Shown piece by piece: positions 1 through 15,239 of a stretch of 64,000 bases of DNA. The stretch is from the human T2T-CHM13v2.0 reference genome, Homo sapiens: NCBI RefSeq assembly GCF_009914755.1, contig NC_060931.1; one strand, written 5' to 3'. Positions within the stretch are counted from its first letter, which is position 1. Each line of letters opens with the position of its first letter. A program made the position numbers and the translations under genes. The notes under the pieces are model-generated. The model made no database searches and had not been told where the DNA came from. It was given only the letters and a program-made list of their open reading frames with translations.

Positions 1-688
1 GCCCCGGTTGGTGCTCTCACAGTACTCATTTACAATTGCACTTAAAATGCTGAGTAGCTTATTGGTCTATTCTCAACACCCCCCTCACCCCCATCAAACC
101 ACATACTTGTCAGATAAAGGGGTCATGATACTCACCTGGCAGCAGAGGAGATACGAGATCAAGAGAACGGGGTCATTATCTTATTTAGCTTTGTCCCTTT
201 CTCCCAAGTTATCATGAGAAAAAAACTAAATTTAATGAACCAGTGAAAATCGCCTGGCTGTCTGAAAGAGGGAAGAAATGTTGAGTAGGAATAGGGAACA
301 AGGCTACATTCTATGTAGGGTTAAGCCTTGAAAACAAGGCAGAGGGATTTATACTTAAAGTTGAAGCACCTAGAAGCCACTGTAGAGTGTTGAGTGAGTG
401 GTGTGGTGATGAAGGCAGGAAGAGGCATAGATTCTACAGAATGAAGCCAAGTGGGAGGGTCTGGAGGCAGAGACCAATGAGCATGCCAGTGGCTGCAAGG
501 GATTGGCGGATTCGTGTTAGGCATAATGTGTACATGTTAATGGTGAGAAAGATGGGATGCAGAGAAAACTAGGACTTGGTGAGAACCTCTTCTAAAGGAC
601 TAAATCAAAGGGAGAAAAAATGTGATTTCAAAGCAGCTAGATCAGAAAAGTGGCAGAAGGATGGAAAACTTAGTTGGAAAAGGGCAGC

Positions 689-1136
689 TGTATTAGTCCA
701 TTCTTGCATTGTTGTAAAGAAATAGCTGGGACTGGGTAATATGCAAAGAAAAGAGGTTTAATTGGCTCAGGGTTCTGCAGGCTGCACAGGAAGCGTGGCA
801 CCAGCATCTACTCAGCATCTACTTAGCATCTGCTGAGACCTCAGGAAGATTTAATGGCGGAAGGTGAAGTGGGTGGAAGGTGAAGTGAGAGCAGGCTCAT
901 CTCACATGGCAGGAAAGCAGGAGCAAGGGTGGGAGGAGGTGGCACACACTTTTAAACAACAAGATCTCCAGAGAACTCACTCACTATTGTGAGTACAGCA
1001 TCAAGGCGATGGTGCTAAACTATTCATGAGAAATCACCCCCATGACCCAATCACCTCCCACCAGGCCCCACGTCCAACATGGGGGATTACAACTGGACAT
1101 GAGATTTGGGTGGGGACACAGATCCAAACCATGTCA
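689..1136 (-). mobile_element. MSTA-type MaLR solo LTR
   Basis: TG...CA ends; reverse complement begins TGACATGGTTTGGATCTGTGTCCCCACCCAAATCTCATG like the MSTA consensus; near-TSD gcagc (684-688) / gtagc (1137-1141). Confidence 0.85.
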
Positions 1137-1703
1137 GTAGCCAATTTGGGGAGTACAGAAGATGGGGAAGGAAGTTAGGATGCATTTCCTTAGTTGACGT
1201 TCTATTTCTTTGAAGTGTCAAGTACACCTACAAATCACTTAATATTTAAATTTTACTTTTTCCTAAAATTGTAATGAAGGGGTGAAATAACCTCATTGCT
1301 CTTTACATTTTAAGGAGTCCTTATTTTATCTGCTACCAATGTAGGTTTTAATTCTCTTTGGAAAATGAATACTCTTCTGGGTCCCATGGGAGCTGTTCCT
1401 TGTGGCATTTGCACAGACGGCCATCTGAGCTGAGTGCTTATTAGATCGGATGAAATATCGTTTAAGGTTAGCAGCCAGACATCACAGGCCACCCACTGGA
1501 CATGCTGGGAATGAAAAAGAGGCCAAAGGACGAGCGTCTGTAGTTAGCAAAGTACAATTGCAAGATTAACAATGGCAACCCCAGTGCGCAGTACTGCTGG
1601 TGGAGAGCGAGTGCATGATATCATAACAGAGTAAGAAAAGGCAGCAAATTCGCATTCAAAGCTCACAGTATGACAGCTTTACAACTGTCTTTTGAATAGT
1701 GTC

Positions 1704-1760
1704 TGTATTAGTTTCCTATTGCTGCTGCTGTAACAATTACCACAGATTTAGTGGCTTAAC
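1704..1760 (-). mobile_element. MLT1 LTR terminal fragment
   Basis: tgtattagtttcctattgctgc...taacaattaccacagatttagtggcttaa is a typical MLT1 end. Confidence 0.55.
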
Positions 1761-2730
1761 ATGACTTTGCCTATCCCAGTATTGTGGCATTATGCTTCCA
1801 ATGAGGTTCCCATCCTTGCCCCTCAGATAACCTGGCACAAACAGGCATTAGGATCTTCATATATGAAAACAAATCATTTCATTTTAAAGACAACCTGAGC
1901 TGTCAAAGCAGTTACCTCTCCTAATAAAAAAAAACCCAAAAGATAGATTATTTGTTTAATGTCTTGGGGACTTATTAATTAATATGTATACTAGATGCAG
2001 TCAGAGAAGGAGACAAGTTTAAGATAGTATAGTTATCATCAGAGCACTGATAGCATATTTGGTGCAAATAGAAAAGCAGAACATTAAAATAAGGCCACTG
2101 CAGAAGTATTTATTTTTCCCACTGCAATGAAACAGAAAGATATTAATCTGAGTTCCTGTGAAACTCTTGCCATAGAATACTATAATCAATTTAAATTGGT
2201 AAATGTTTCCTTGTTAAAACTAAAATAATTTTATGTGAAAATTCAAATGTGGCTCTCTGTCTTAGTCCAGAGATGTTTAATATTCCAAATTCACTTCAAC
2301 ATACCAAATCAGTGTTTATATAATTAGTTCTCTCTTTAAAAAAAAATCCAAGTATTAACATTAGTTATCTTTGAGGAGGGTGTTTCATTTATTACGTGCA
2401 TCTGTATTTTTAAAGGGAAGTATGTATAACTCATAGTTTAAAAGAAATAATGATAAAATAGTACTATAGCTTATACCGACACTCAGTTCCATGTTAACTT
2501 GTGTAAGTATGTATTAACCAGTTGAAAGATAAAGAGTATTGATGTCCTCTGAAAACAGTTCTTACCTGGCAGCAGAATTGGGCTTTTAAGTCATATTTTT
2601 ACAAAAAAAAGAATCTTGCTCGTAGATATCACCTTTACTAGTTAACCAAGTATCTACACATATGAGTCTTCTGCAGGTTTCTTGACTAAATTGTTCAACT
2701 TTGAAGTCAGTGGAAGAAGTATGTATATGA

Positions 2731-3022
2731 GGCCAGGCGCGGTGGCTCATGCTTGTAATCCTAGCACTTTGGGAAGCAGAGGTGGGCAGACAGCTTGAGC
2801 CCAGGAGATCAAGAACAGCCTGGGCAACATGGTGAAACCCTGTCTCTACAAAAAATAAAAAATTACCTGGGTGTGGTGGTGCGTGCCTGTAGTCCCAGCT
2901 ACTTGGGAGGCTGAGATGGGAGGATCACCTGAGCCTGGGGAGGTGGAGGCTGCAGTGAGCCATGATCACACCACTACACTCCAGCCTGTGTGACAGAAAG
3001 AGACCCTGTCTCAAAAAAAAAA
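2731..3022 (+). mobile_element. AluJ, full length
   Basis: Dimeric Alu with J-type positions (gcttgagcccagg, cctgggcaacat); A tail; TSD aagtatgtatatga on both sides. Confidence 0.93.
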
Positions 3023-3329
3023 AAGTATGTATATGAGAATGAAAAAAGAGGTAAAATGGTATGAGTTTTTTTTATAATTGGTTTTTAGAATAAAAATATA
3101 AATTATTACTAAAACAAAATAACAGACATAGAATGTTAGCACCACATGGTTTCTCAGATATAATGCAGTCACACGAGTTTCTAGATCATTTTTTAGAGTG
3201 CTGTGGCTTCAAGGTCACAGCCTGGGAGTGAACCCCGCTGGTAGGAATCATGGTCTCTGGCCTGCACTTCCATCAGAATGGCTCCATCTTATCTGATTTA
3301 TATATGTATATAAATAGACTTATGTATCT

Positions 3330-5940
3330 GCCAGTCTAATCACTTTCCTCCCATCTTACATAATATTGTTGCCCACTAATTTGGGGCAACCTTTTTTCAC
3401 ATTCCCAATTTAGACATTAATATTGTTGTTTTATAGTATCAATGTTTCTTTGGATTCACCTACTTATTCGCATTTTCTTTGTCTATTTTCCTTTCTGACA
3501 TCTCAGACCTTCCTTCTAGAATCATTATCCTTCTTTCTGAAGTACATCCTTCAAATTTCTTTAATTGAGTGGCTTCTGGCAGTAAATGGACTCAGTTTTA
3601 GTTTGTGTAAAATGTATTTTACCCTAATACATTTTCTCTATGTAAAATTCTATGATGATCGTTCCTTTACACATTTTGTAGACTTTATGTCATTACAGTC
3701 TGGCTTTTGTTGCCACTGTTGAGAAATCTGCTGCTGGTTTAACTATCCTTATTTTATAGATAATCTGCCTTTTCCTCTAGGTGCTTTCAATATTGTCTTT
3801 ATGTCTGGTGTTTTGCAGCTTCGTTGATGGGTGTAGGTGTGAATTTCTTATTATTTATACTCCTCAGGACTTGTGCTTTCTGAACTTGAAAAGTATTATC
3901 TTTCATCTATTCTCAAAAATTCTATGCCATTTTTACTGGCATTTCTCTAAAACCATCTTCTTAAACTCCAAGTGGACATTTATCAATTTGTGATTCTATT
4001 CTCCATTTCTCTTAAGTATTCTTTGCAGTTACCATTACTTTGTTTCCCTTGCTTCTGTTTTGGTTAATTTCTTGAGTGTTATCTTCCAGTTTCCCAATTC
4101 TTTCTTTAGTTTTGACTAATGTATTGTTACCCTGTGCTTTTAAATTTAATTTTTAGTTTTTAAAATATCTCTCTGTTCCTGCATTAGTTTGCTGAGGACA
4201 ATGGCCTCCAGCTCCACCCATGTCCCTGCAAAGGAGATGATCTTGTTTCTTTTTATGGCTGCATAGTATTCCATGGTGTGTATATACCATATTTTCTTTA
4301 TCCAGTCTATTATTGATGGAAATTTAGGTTGATTACATGTCTTTACTATTGTGAATAGTGCTGCAGTGAATATACACATGCATGTATCTTTATAATAGAA
4401 TGATTTATATTCCTTTGGGTATATACACAGTAATGGGATTGCTGGGTCAAATGGTATTTCTACCTCTAGGTCTTTGAGGAATTGCCACACTGTCTTCCAC
4501 AATGGTTGAACTAATATACACTCCTACCATCAGTGTAAAAGCATTCCTTTTTCTCCATAACCTTGCCAGCTTCTGTAGTTTTTTGACTTTTTATTAATAG
4601 CCATTCTAACTGGTGTGAGATGGTATCTCATTGGGGTTTTGATTTGCATTTCTCTAATGATCAGTGATGTTGAGCTTTTTTTCATGTGTTTGTTGGTTGA
4701 ATGTATGTCTTTTGAGAAGTATTTGTTCATGTCCTTTGCCCACTTTTTAATGGGGTTGTTTGTTTTTTTTTCTTGTAAATTTGTCTAAGTTCCTTGTAAA
4801 TGTTGGATATTAGACCTTTGTCAGATGGACAGATTGCAAAAATTTTCTTCCATTCTGTAGGTTGTCTGTTCGTTCTGATGATAGTTTCTTTTGCTGTGCA
4901 GAAGCTCTTTAGTTTGATGAGAACACATGGACACATGTGAAAGAGCAACACACGCTGGGGCCTGTCAGAGGGTGGAGGGGGAGGAGGGAGAGCATCAGGA
5001 AGAAGAGCTAGTGGATGCTGGGCTTAATACCTAGGTCATGGAATGATCTGTGCAGCAAACCACCATGACACACATGGTGTCATGTAATAAACCCATGTAA
5101 TAAACCTGCACATCCTGCACATGGACCCCTGAACTTAAAATGTTTTCAAAAAAGAGAAAAAGAAAGAAAAAAATATGTGGTGTTTTGAGAGTACCTTATT
5201 ACTTTCTCAGGTTTTTATTTCATATTCGTATTATTTCACTAACATTTTACACTTGGTTATTTTATTCTGCATCATCCATTTCAATATTTCAAATTCTTGA
5301 GGGTCTAATTCAGCTGTTGTTTTTGCTGACTCTCAATCATGGAGCCTATTTCCTCATGTACTTTGTACTTTTGGATTTTAAGTTCCTATTCAGCTGTATC
5401 TGGAGGAATCCTGCAAGACCTGAGTTGAGGGTGAGTTCCTAAGAGAGAATCTACATCTACTTCTGCCAGGCCCTGCAGGTCACTACCCATCTGAGTCCAC
5501 ATTAGATTAATTTGTTGGCCTAAGGTTTTCTGAATTGCACAGGTAGTATCAATTTAATGCCAGACCTTTGAGGGACAAGCCTGTGGTTATGAATTTTCAG
5601 AGAATATGTAATATTCTGACCCAGAGCCCAGGCTGAGAAGATTTCCTCGTTCTCTTTATGTGGTTTCTGTGGAAGTTGCACCCTTCATTATTTTGGTTTT
5701 ATGTAAGGTCTCGGTTCAATTCCCCATCTTGCTTAGGCCTCAGTGTGGCCATTAAAATCCAAACCTCTTGGTTATCAAGATTGGCAGATGCCTACAGGGC
5801 AGCCATAGATTCAGCTAACACCTGCTTTCCAGCCCGTAATGAGCTCAACTATTTGTTTACCCTTCCTTTCTTATGAGCTCAACAATTAAATGGTTGTTTA
5901 GTATATTTCATCCAGCATTTCTAGGTACCTAGTTCCAAGT
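3330..5940 (-). mobile_element. Ancient L1M/HAL1-type fragment, interrupted by a younger L1PA
   Basis: T-rich degenerate antisense L1-like sequence on both sides of the 4172-5172 insertion; boundaries approximate. Confidence 0.5.
4172..5172 (+). mobile_element. 5'-truncated, 5'-inverted older L1PA (about PA10-13)
   Basis: 4172-4915 is antisense ORF2 C-terminus (ORF track 4146-4502 MWKTVWQFLKDLEVEIPFDPAIPLL.., 4530-4730, 4727-4951); 4916-5172 is sense 3' UTR plus A-rich tail; flanks aaaatatct / aaaatatgt. Confidence 0.88.
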
Positions 5941-8900
5941 ATTTCTCCAGACAGAAGCTTTTCATCATTTTTCTGATGAAGAAACTAAGGCGCAAAAAAA
6001 TTAGTTGACTCTAACAAGACACAGCAATAGTAGAAAACCAAAACTGAGCCTCTGAACTCCTTGCTTACTTCTTTCTCAATCACGCATAATGCCTCAACTC
6101 TTAGAGCTGGCATTTGTTGTATCAGTCCTAATAACTCTTGAGGTATCTCTGAAATCAGTAGTAAATTTCTCCCAAATTATGATAACTTGCTAAAATAAGA
6201 TGAGATTAAATCATTGTCACAAGGTCATTTGATATATTACAGCTGTGAGATAAGAAGACTGCATCTCTGACTTTCAAGGCTGTGGTGACATGTGTAGAAA
6301 ATTTAGTTGTAACTATTTCTTCAAGCACATCCTGGTTTCTAAGTTTGAAGCCGAACCACTAATCATGGAGAGGAACTATTTGTAGTAATTAAACAGCCAT
6401 CTCTTTAGGATTCATACAGGCATAGTTTATCAACAGCGTCAGAGCTTTCTCACATGCAAAAGCCTCACGTTCATTATTTACTGAATATTGGGGAAATAAT
6501 TTGAAAAATCTGCACATTAGTTATGTATGCATTCTGAAAACAGTGAACACTATTTGCATCTTAAAAAGATCTGAGTAATGCTGTATAATATTGCAACTAG
6601 CAAATCTTAGACTAGAGAAAACTAATTTTGAGATTTCAACATAAAGAAAATAAGATGGATTAGGAATTTCAATTGACCTCTCTCAAATGACCCAGTGTTA
6701 ACAAACCAACAACAACTACGTGCACAAACACACACACACGCACATTAATCCAGGGCTACTGGCTGTGGTTTTATTTTGCTTTGTTCCAAATTCCCAAATC
6801 TCCATGTAAAATGGAGACCTCATGGACATTCCAAATTTTTCTTCAATTTAATCTTGTCCTCAGATGGTGTTCACCTTACTTAGCCTTTGTCTTCAAATTC
6901 AAGAAAACCAGTTGTGGGTTTAAAACTTCCTGTAGAGGGCGCTATTGATATTGCCAACTATACTAAACTTTTTTTTTTTTTTTAAAGGGTTCATAAACTA
7001 CAGTTTCTGCTTAGAAGTCGTTAGATTGATATTTGGGAGTTAAATTTAAACCAAAACTCTAAGCGGACTAGTAACTATTAAGCTGTCTAATACTTTTGAA
7101 ACAAGCGTCCCTCTGCTGGCTTATTTAATGCAGAAGTCTGAGCGGCCCCTCCCCTCCCCCTTGTATTATTTAATGAACAATTCCTCTTCTGGTCTGTATT
7201 AACAATGGTGCTTGGAACTCGGCATCGATAACACACTGTATGCCCTGTTGTGCTACATGTTGAATGATTTGTGTGTCTTTGAGAAAGTCCAGCTTCTCCT
7301 CTTAATCTGGTATCCTGGAGGCTCTGTAATTTACTCCTACAGTTCCCGGTCATAACGTATTTCATGTCAAGTAGGAGGGTTTTTTTTTTTTTCAAACTCT
7401 TAATAGAGATATTTTCAAACAAAGACAGAGGGCAAAGAGGATCTTCTTAAGATATTAAATGAGAACATAACCATCGCTTATTTGTCTTTTGTATTATTAT
7501 GAGGCAATTGATGATTGCCTGGGGCTCTGCTGATGAATCAGACTTTTAATAAGTTTCAGCAAGAACGGTGTTCACGGAGATAAGTTAATTAATTGCTCTG
7601 CTGTGTGAAAGCTCATGTAGATAGTGTTTTATTCTACTGTGCAGTCCGTTCATAAAAAGGCACACAATTCTTTACTGCACTAATGCTTATCGGCAAACCT
7701 TCACAGAAAACATTATTTCACTCTTTTTAAAAATAAACTGTTAATAACCTTATTAAACCAGAAATGAAATATGTTACTGATCACTTGCCAAACGTGGTAC
7801 TGAAAAGAAATCTTTCCTTTTGGAGCCTCTGATGTCTTGCAGCTAATTGTTTACAAAACTCTTCTAGATACTGACAGAAACTTCTCCCTTTATTACTTTT
7901 AACCGTGGGGTTTTGGCAAAGTGCTTCTTCTTCCTCCGCACCACTTGGCTGATTTCAAACCAGAAGAGTTCTGTATTTCTTTTTTACCATCTCTGTATAG
8001 CAGCATTTTAAGGGACCATAGGATAAAGACTTGGAAAGTGTCACATTGTAGTACAGTGGGGTTTTCTCCTGATGGCTACAATTTACATGCCAGGAGCCCT
8101 GTAAGCCCTCTAGCATTTTCTTGATGCTCTGAAGGAAAAAAAATTTCAAACAGTTCTTAGAGTCTGGAATGCTTTCCCTGGCAATTGACAACAGAGTTCA
8201 AGTCAAGTTTATGATTCGAACTCAAACTTAGCGTTTCCTTATGCACTTTTAACTCTTTGAAAGATGGGTTGAATATAATATAATATAATATATGTATAGC
8301 ACTTTCCTCCTGGTATATTTATTTTACTTTTATTGAATTTTCAAGTCTTTGTTGATAATTGTGTTTTGTAGATATTTTAAAATAGAGAAAACAATCTATT
8401 CAGTCTTGTCATCCTAGCACATTGGCTATTCGTTTCTTAGTTTAAAATTATCCACTAGGTAAAACAAATATGTTTGTATCATCGCTCAGTTTTCTGTTCT
8501 ATTTCAAATTAATATTACATCATAATTTTATCAAAATTTTTTTCACATACGTTGGCATGGTCTTCAGACCCGTGGTAATAATCACACCTCTCTTAACGGG
8601 TGGCGTGCTGATCAAATAAGTTCAAATATCAGTAGCCAACACACAGTGTGGCACATAAGCACTTCACAGATGTTTTGCCTTTTCCTCCATCTTTTCTCAC
8701 TGGTCGTTTAATTGGATTTCATTTGTAGCTACTAATCGGCCGTTATGTGCCATAGAATGAATGTTTTGAAAAGTAATCATGTGAGTAAATAAAACTTGTA
8801 TTCAAAATGTTTTCATGCTTTCCAATATAATTACAGCGTAAAGTAAATGAAATCAGAGCAACTGGCCATTGAAGAATTGCTCTGTGCCACCACAAACTTT

Positions 8901-9284
8901 GCTGTGATATAAGATCTACTCCAATTCTGATGGTCAATCACTTGGCATCCCTCAGTGTGCTTTTTGGTGACAGCCACCTATATAATTTGCTTTCAACCCA
9001 ATCTAAGTATTCCCATGTCCTCTGGGAAGGACTGGATGTGGTTCTTCTCACCAAATATCAGAACAACAAATCAATCTTCCATCTCTGTCTCCTTTTTCCT
9101 TTTCTATTTATCCACCCCCAGTGTTCCTTGCTCTTTACCTTCTATGTAATAAGCAGCTATTTTATTTGCTGTTTTGGGGTCTGCTTCCCACTAGCCTTTG
9201 CATTCCTAGCCGGGGTCCCTCCAGAGGACATCTCTCCTTTCCTAATGTGGCTGTTCTAGGAATGCCAAAGGGAATTTTTTCACA

Positions 9285-9629
9285 AAATCCTGTCCTTTGC
9301 AGGGACATGGATGGAGCTGGAGGCCATTTTTCTTAGCAATGTAATGGAGGAACAGAAAACCAAATACCGCATGTTCTCACTTGTAAGTGGAAGCTAAATG
9401 GTGAGAACACATGGACACAAAGAGGGGAACAACACACACTGGGGCCTACCTGAGGGTGGACGGAGGGAGGAAGGAGAGGATCAGGAAAAATAACTGTTGG
9501 GTACTAGGCTTAGTATTTGGGTGATGAAATAGCTGTACAACAAAACTCTGTGACATGAGTTTGTCTATATGACAAACCTGCACAGGTACCCCTGAACCTA
9601 AAATAAAAGTTTAAAAAAATAAAGAAAAA
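9285..9629 (+). mobile_element. L1PA15/16-type 3' end
   Basis: gcagggacatggatggagctggaggccat...gagaacacatggacac...cccctgaacctaaaataaaagtt plus A-rich tail. Confidence 0.88.
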
Positions 9630-9753
9630 TTTCTTTAAAAAAGAGCATGCTTCTCACCATTCTTGATCTAAGGGACTGCTCTAAGCCTCAGCAGATCCTG
9701 GTCTCTGGCTGTGGTTGCCTCTTTGATTCTCTTCAAGTGGCTGGGTAATTCTA

Positions 9754-9833
9754 TTAGCTTGGTGTAAAAATAATTGCGGTTTTTGGTATTATTTTCAATG
9801 GCAAAAACCGCAATTACTTTTGCACCAACCAAA
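9754..9833. mobile_element. MADE1 (Hsmar1-derived 80-bp MITE)
   Basis: Palindromic ttagcttggtgtaaaaataattgcggttttt...aaaaaccgcaattacttttgcaccaaccaaa, 80 bp, TA on both sides (9752-9753, 9834-9835). Confidence 0.92.
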
Positions 9834-10257
9834 TACATGTTATGCCTTGCTTCTGACAGCCCAGGTTTATGTGGGATTACATGTTATGGGTTTTGCAATA
9901 TTTGCCTTGTAGGTTTCACTTTGGGGTCTTTCTAATTCACTCTTGACCTTGACTGATGATAGATCAATATTTCCACTGCCTATCTGCCTTTCATAGACTC
10001 TTAGAATTTCAGTTTAGAGTGATCTGATAGTTCATCTAGTCAAATCCTCATTTTTATACATATAGAAAAGGAGATCAGGAGGACAGAAGAGATTTTCGAG
10101 GTACAGGTTACACCTTAGTCCCGTAACTAGACCTCATCTGTCTCATGACATGATTTCAGCTGTGGTGAGGGCAGGTTTACTGCCACCTCAGACCCTCTTT
10201 GTTTACTCAATTGTCCTTTTTAATTAAAGCCATCTCTCTCAACCCACAAAGCAGCAA

Positions 10258-10557
<300 letters not shown>

Positions 10558-10959
10558 ATAGCAATGTTTTTAAGTCAAGAAATTTCAAATATTTTTACTG
10601 AGTCTGACTCGTCTCTCAAAATCATTGCTTCCTCAGACTGCATTTCACAAAGCAGCGAGCTAAAGGTTTAGATTTTCAAACAACTCTCCCCTGTTTCTTC
10701 TCTCTGCTCTATTTCTGCCCATCTCTCTACTCATTTAAACTTTTCTTGGTTACTTTGATATTTTGATGATTGATTGTGGATTCTGGTATCATTGCTTTTT
10801 CTTCTAGATCCTAATTACCTGTCCTATGTTCTCACCTAGTCTTATTGTGGTGAAAATTCAGGTCAACTTTTGGCTTCTAGTCTGACATAAAAAGAGCTTG
10901 GCAGTCAACACTGCCATCTTCTTAACTGAAGCTCAACAGCTGTCTAACAAAAAACAGGT

Positions 10960-11878
<919 letters not shown>

Positions 11879-14800
11879 AGTTAGTCCTTAAGGCTAGTAA
11901 CAGTTAAGCAGAGGGCTAGGTGTTCTTAAGAGCCCTTGCTTTTTCCTCATATATAATTTATGTTAAAAGAGGGTCCCCCACCTTTTCACATTCAGCACAG
12001 CCAAATTTCCCCTACATTTGACAGTGTGCACACTGTAATTTAGTGATATGCATGCCTGTTGAGTGTTCAAGTCTGATTTGGCTTCACCAAGAATAGAACA
12101 ATGTTTCTAAAAAGTTTGTCATGAAGAGAAGCCCATTTAGAAATTCATCCTCTAACCATTGCATTTTATTGATTTTTATAAAGAAAGAATAAAATAATTA
12201 TCTTATTTTCCTATGTTGCTTTGCCACACCTTTTGCTTTTAGAACTTCTTTGAATTGGAGTGACTTCTATGTACTGGGAAATGTTCATCAAACTATCTTC
12301 CTTTCTGCTTTGAAAAGACACAGATTATCTCTATTCCCTGAAGGGGGAAAAGGATGACAGCTACTTCCCTGGGGGTCTTAGGAGAAAAAAATTTAGGGTT
12401 TTAAAATTTTACTATATATTCGAGAATATTGTCTAAATCTTCCTTGGAAAATTGTCTATATTAGGGTCTTCATTTAAACAAAAACCATTTTAAATGACGT
12501 CTGTCAATCTCATCATACTCTCAGATTCCAAAATGCAATTAGTTTGGAGTATTCATCTATTCTCAAGGGCAACAAACCCATTCCAAAGGAGGATGTAGCC
12601 ATATCTATTAGTGGTCAAGGACAGTTTCTTTCCACACTTGTTCTGTGATACAAACTTCCCTTTTATACAATCCTCATTCCAGAGACATGATTTATAGTAG
12701 GTGAAGATGAATATTTGTTAGGAACAAAGAAAAGGAAGAAAGAGAGGTCCTGCCTTCTCACTGATCTTCCTGATGTTTCTGTTTTCAATTTCCTTCACGA
12801 TACAGCCTTAGTGCATGTCAGGACAGGGTTGGTGTGAAACCAGGTTCTCCCCTACTCCTTTCTTTTTCCAACTGGCTTCCTTGGGTAGCAAATATCTGAC
12901 TTGCACTATTCTCCACGTTGCAACAGGTTGGTTTACATTGTGTACTACATGCAGTGGGATATGCTCCAATTACAGAGAACATCCGAAACAGGCCTCTGCT
13001 TTAATAAAGATATAAAACCTTTTTACCCTGGTGGGGCCAAGAATCTCAACCCAAAGGAAGCATTCTATGAAATGGTCTACAAACTAGGGCAAGGAGTTTC
13101 TTTTTTCTTTCTTTCTTTCTTTCTTTTTTTTTTCTGTAGTAACTCTAGGCAAATTCCTCAGAAATCAGATTGGCAAGGGAAAAGAAGGGGTGGGCTGGAA
13201 CCCTGGAATTTGGGCTTGCTGAATGCATGCCATTCCCTTGCCACATAGTACAATTCAACGCCAACTGCAGAAAGAAAGATCTAAGTCAGAAGTGTGATGC
13301 AGACACAAGGCAATCATCAGCTCAATTAAACTGGTTATTCTACAAATAACCTAGAAACAGCAGGATTGCCAAACAATCTCCAGCCCCTGAAACATTTGCA
13401 AATGAGCATGACGACTGAGATTTTTCTTTCTTTGTAGCCATACACTGTCACATTTTAATGATGAATTATAGACATGGGCTTTTGGCAGCAGACTGTAGCA
13501 AACATGATTCTACACTATTTTCTTTTAATCAGAAGATACAAAGGCTTAGAGATACATGGCATGGTGCCTGAGAAAGAGTTAGATAAAGCTCTAGAAAGAA
13601 GGATGTGGGATGGAAATATACATATGCTTCCCCTTCTTTTTGGATGCAAGGCAGATATGCTTTTATTGTTATAAGATACATGATCTTTTGTTTCATTTTA
13701 GGTGGTATTTTTGCACCTGTTGGGGATGTTTATAATAAAATATACAACTAGCTGGTATGGCATACGTATCTAATTCTATAATATATACTAATCTATATCA
13801 GTGTCATTTAAAAATTGCAAATTAAACATATTTTTTCATAAACTAGTAATATAATCTCTTGATGTCATAAATATGAAAGTAACATATTATTTGTATAGTC
13901 ATGATGTCAGGAGGATATTATTTAAGTACTTAATGGGATCAGAGGCTTAGTGCACAGGAAATATATTTTTTTCTATAAGTTTCCTGTGTCTGTTTTACTT
14001 AGTTTAATCATTTTAATTGCAATTTTTAAAATTTTAAAACAGGACTATAACTCTTGGCTGCTATTACTTCATTTTTATTCTGGCAAGTTCAGAAATACCC
14101 AGTAACATTGCAAAAATAAAGCCATAAGTTCTGAATTCTTCTCTGGCCCTGTCTTGTCTTATGTCTTTCTGCCTTCATCTCCCTTTACCTTCTCTTCCTC
14201 CTTATACACTGGATTATTTATCCCTTATTCATTTCACTAGGCTTTCAGTATAAAAGGAAGAAACAAACCTGAGTCTCTTTTTATAAAGCAAGATTGCTTT
14301 ATAATACATCTTAGATGCCATAAGGCTATGTAGATATTTTCTTGAGGAGTGTTTTTGTTCATAACAATGCCTAGCATTAGACGGTTAAATGATATGTGGA
14401 AACTGATTTCTCAGGAAGAATTTATTTTAAAGGCGCAGTGTAATGAGTTGAAAATACAGAGGAAAAAAACTCCAACACATGGATTGAAAAAAAAGAAGTC
14501 CAGAGCTTTGGTTTAGGTCCCATATGTGAGGATGTGTGACATCCATCATTGGGATAAACAGTGCCTGGTGGCTGATTTACAGAGTGGTATTCCTCTACAG
14601 AAGGCAGCCATTCACCCCTTGACAATGAAATGAGTGATGGCAGCTGTATTCCAGAAGGATCTATTTGGGGAAACAAAACTTGGGATAGGGTGGGTCGGAC
14701 ATGAAAACATAAGGAGACGTAAGGATCCCATCTGTTTGGCCCTCTTGGGTTAGAGCCAGCCTCTGGAGTAGACAGCATCTCCCTCTCCCTCCAGATTGTG

Positions 14801-15239
14801 GGGGTATTGAGAATTTGCATCTAGGAGACTCAAGCAGGCCACAGCTGCCCCTCAGTCAGTTTATTTGGGCTAGAATCATTGGCATCTTTTAAGAGTAATT
14901 AAAGTCTCACATAAGATATCAAACAGATAAAAATCTGTCTTATAAGCAAAACTGAAATTGGTGGTTTGTACATGAAATCTGACAAATGGAGGACTATACC
15001 ACAGATGCAAGAGAGTTTAAAAACAGGATCCGTACTCCTAAACCATCACAACACCTAAACGTGATGACTATGAACCACTGAAAGCCTGTCCCATGTGTCT
15101 CATTTAATCATGACAACCCTATGAAGCCAGTATCATTGTCATCTCTTCTATTCTGCAGATCAGTGCACTGCAGCATAGAGAGGGAGGTGTATTAACTTTT
15201 GCCTATGGAGCTAGTAACAGGTAGAACCGGGCTTCTTTT

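Noticed and set aside
3760-3790. AG|GT junction ttttcctctag|gtgctt as a recursive splice site
   Set aside because: Inside antisense L1-derived T-rich DNA, with a weak donor.
4146-4951. ORFs with L1 ORF2 C-terminal similarity
   Set aside because: Frameshifted pieces of a truncated L1, not host genes.
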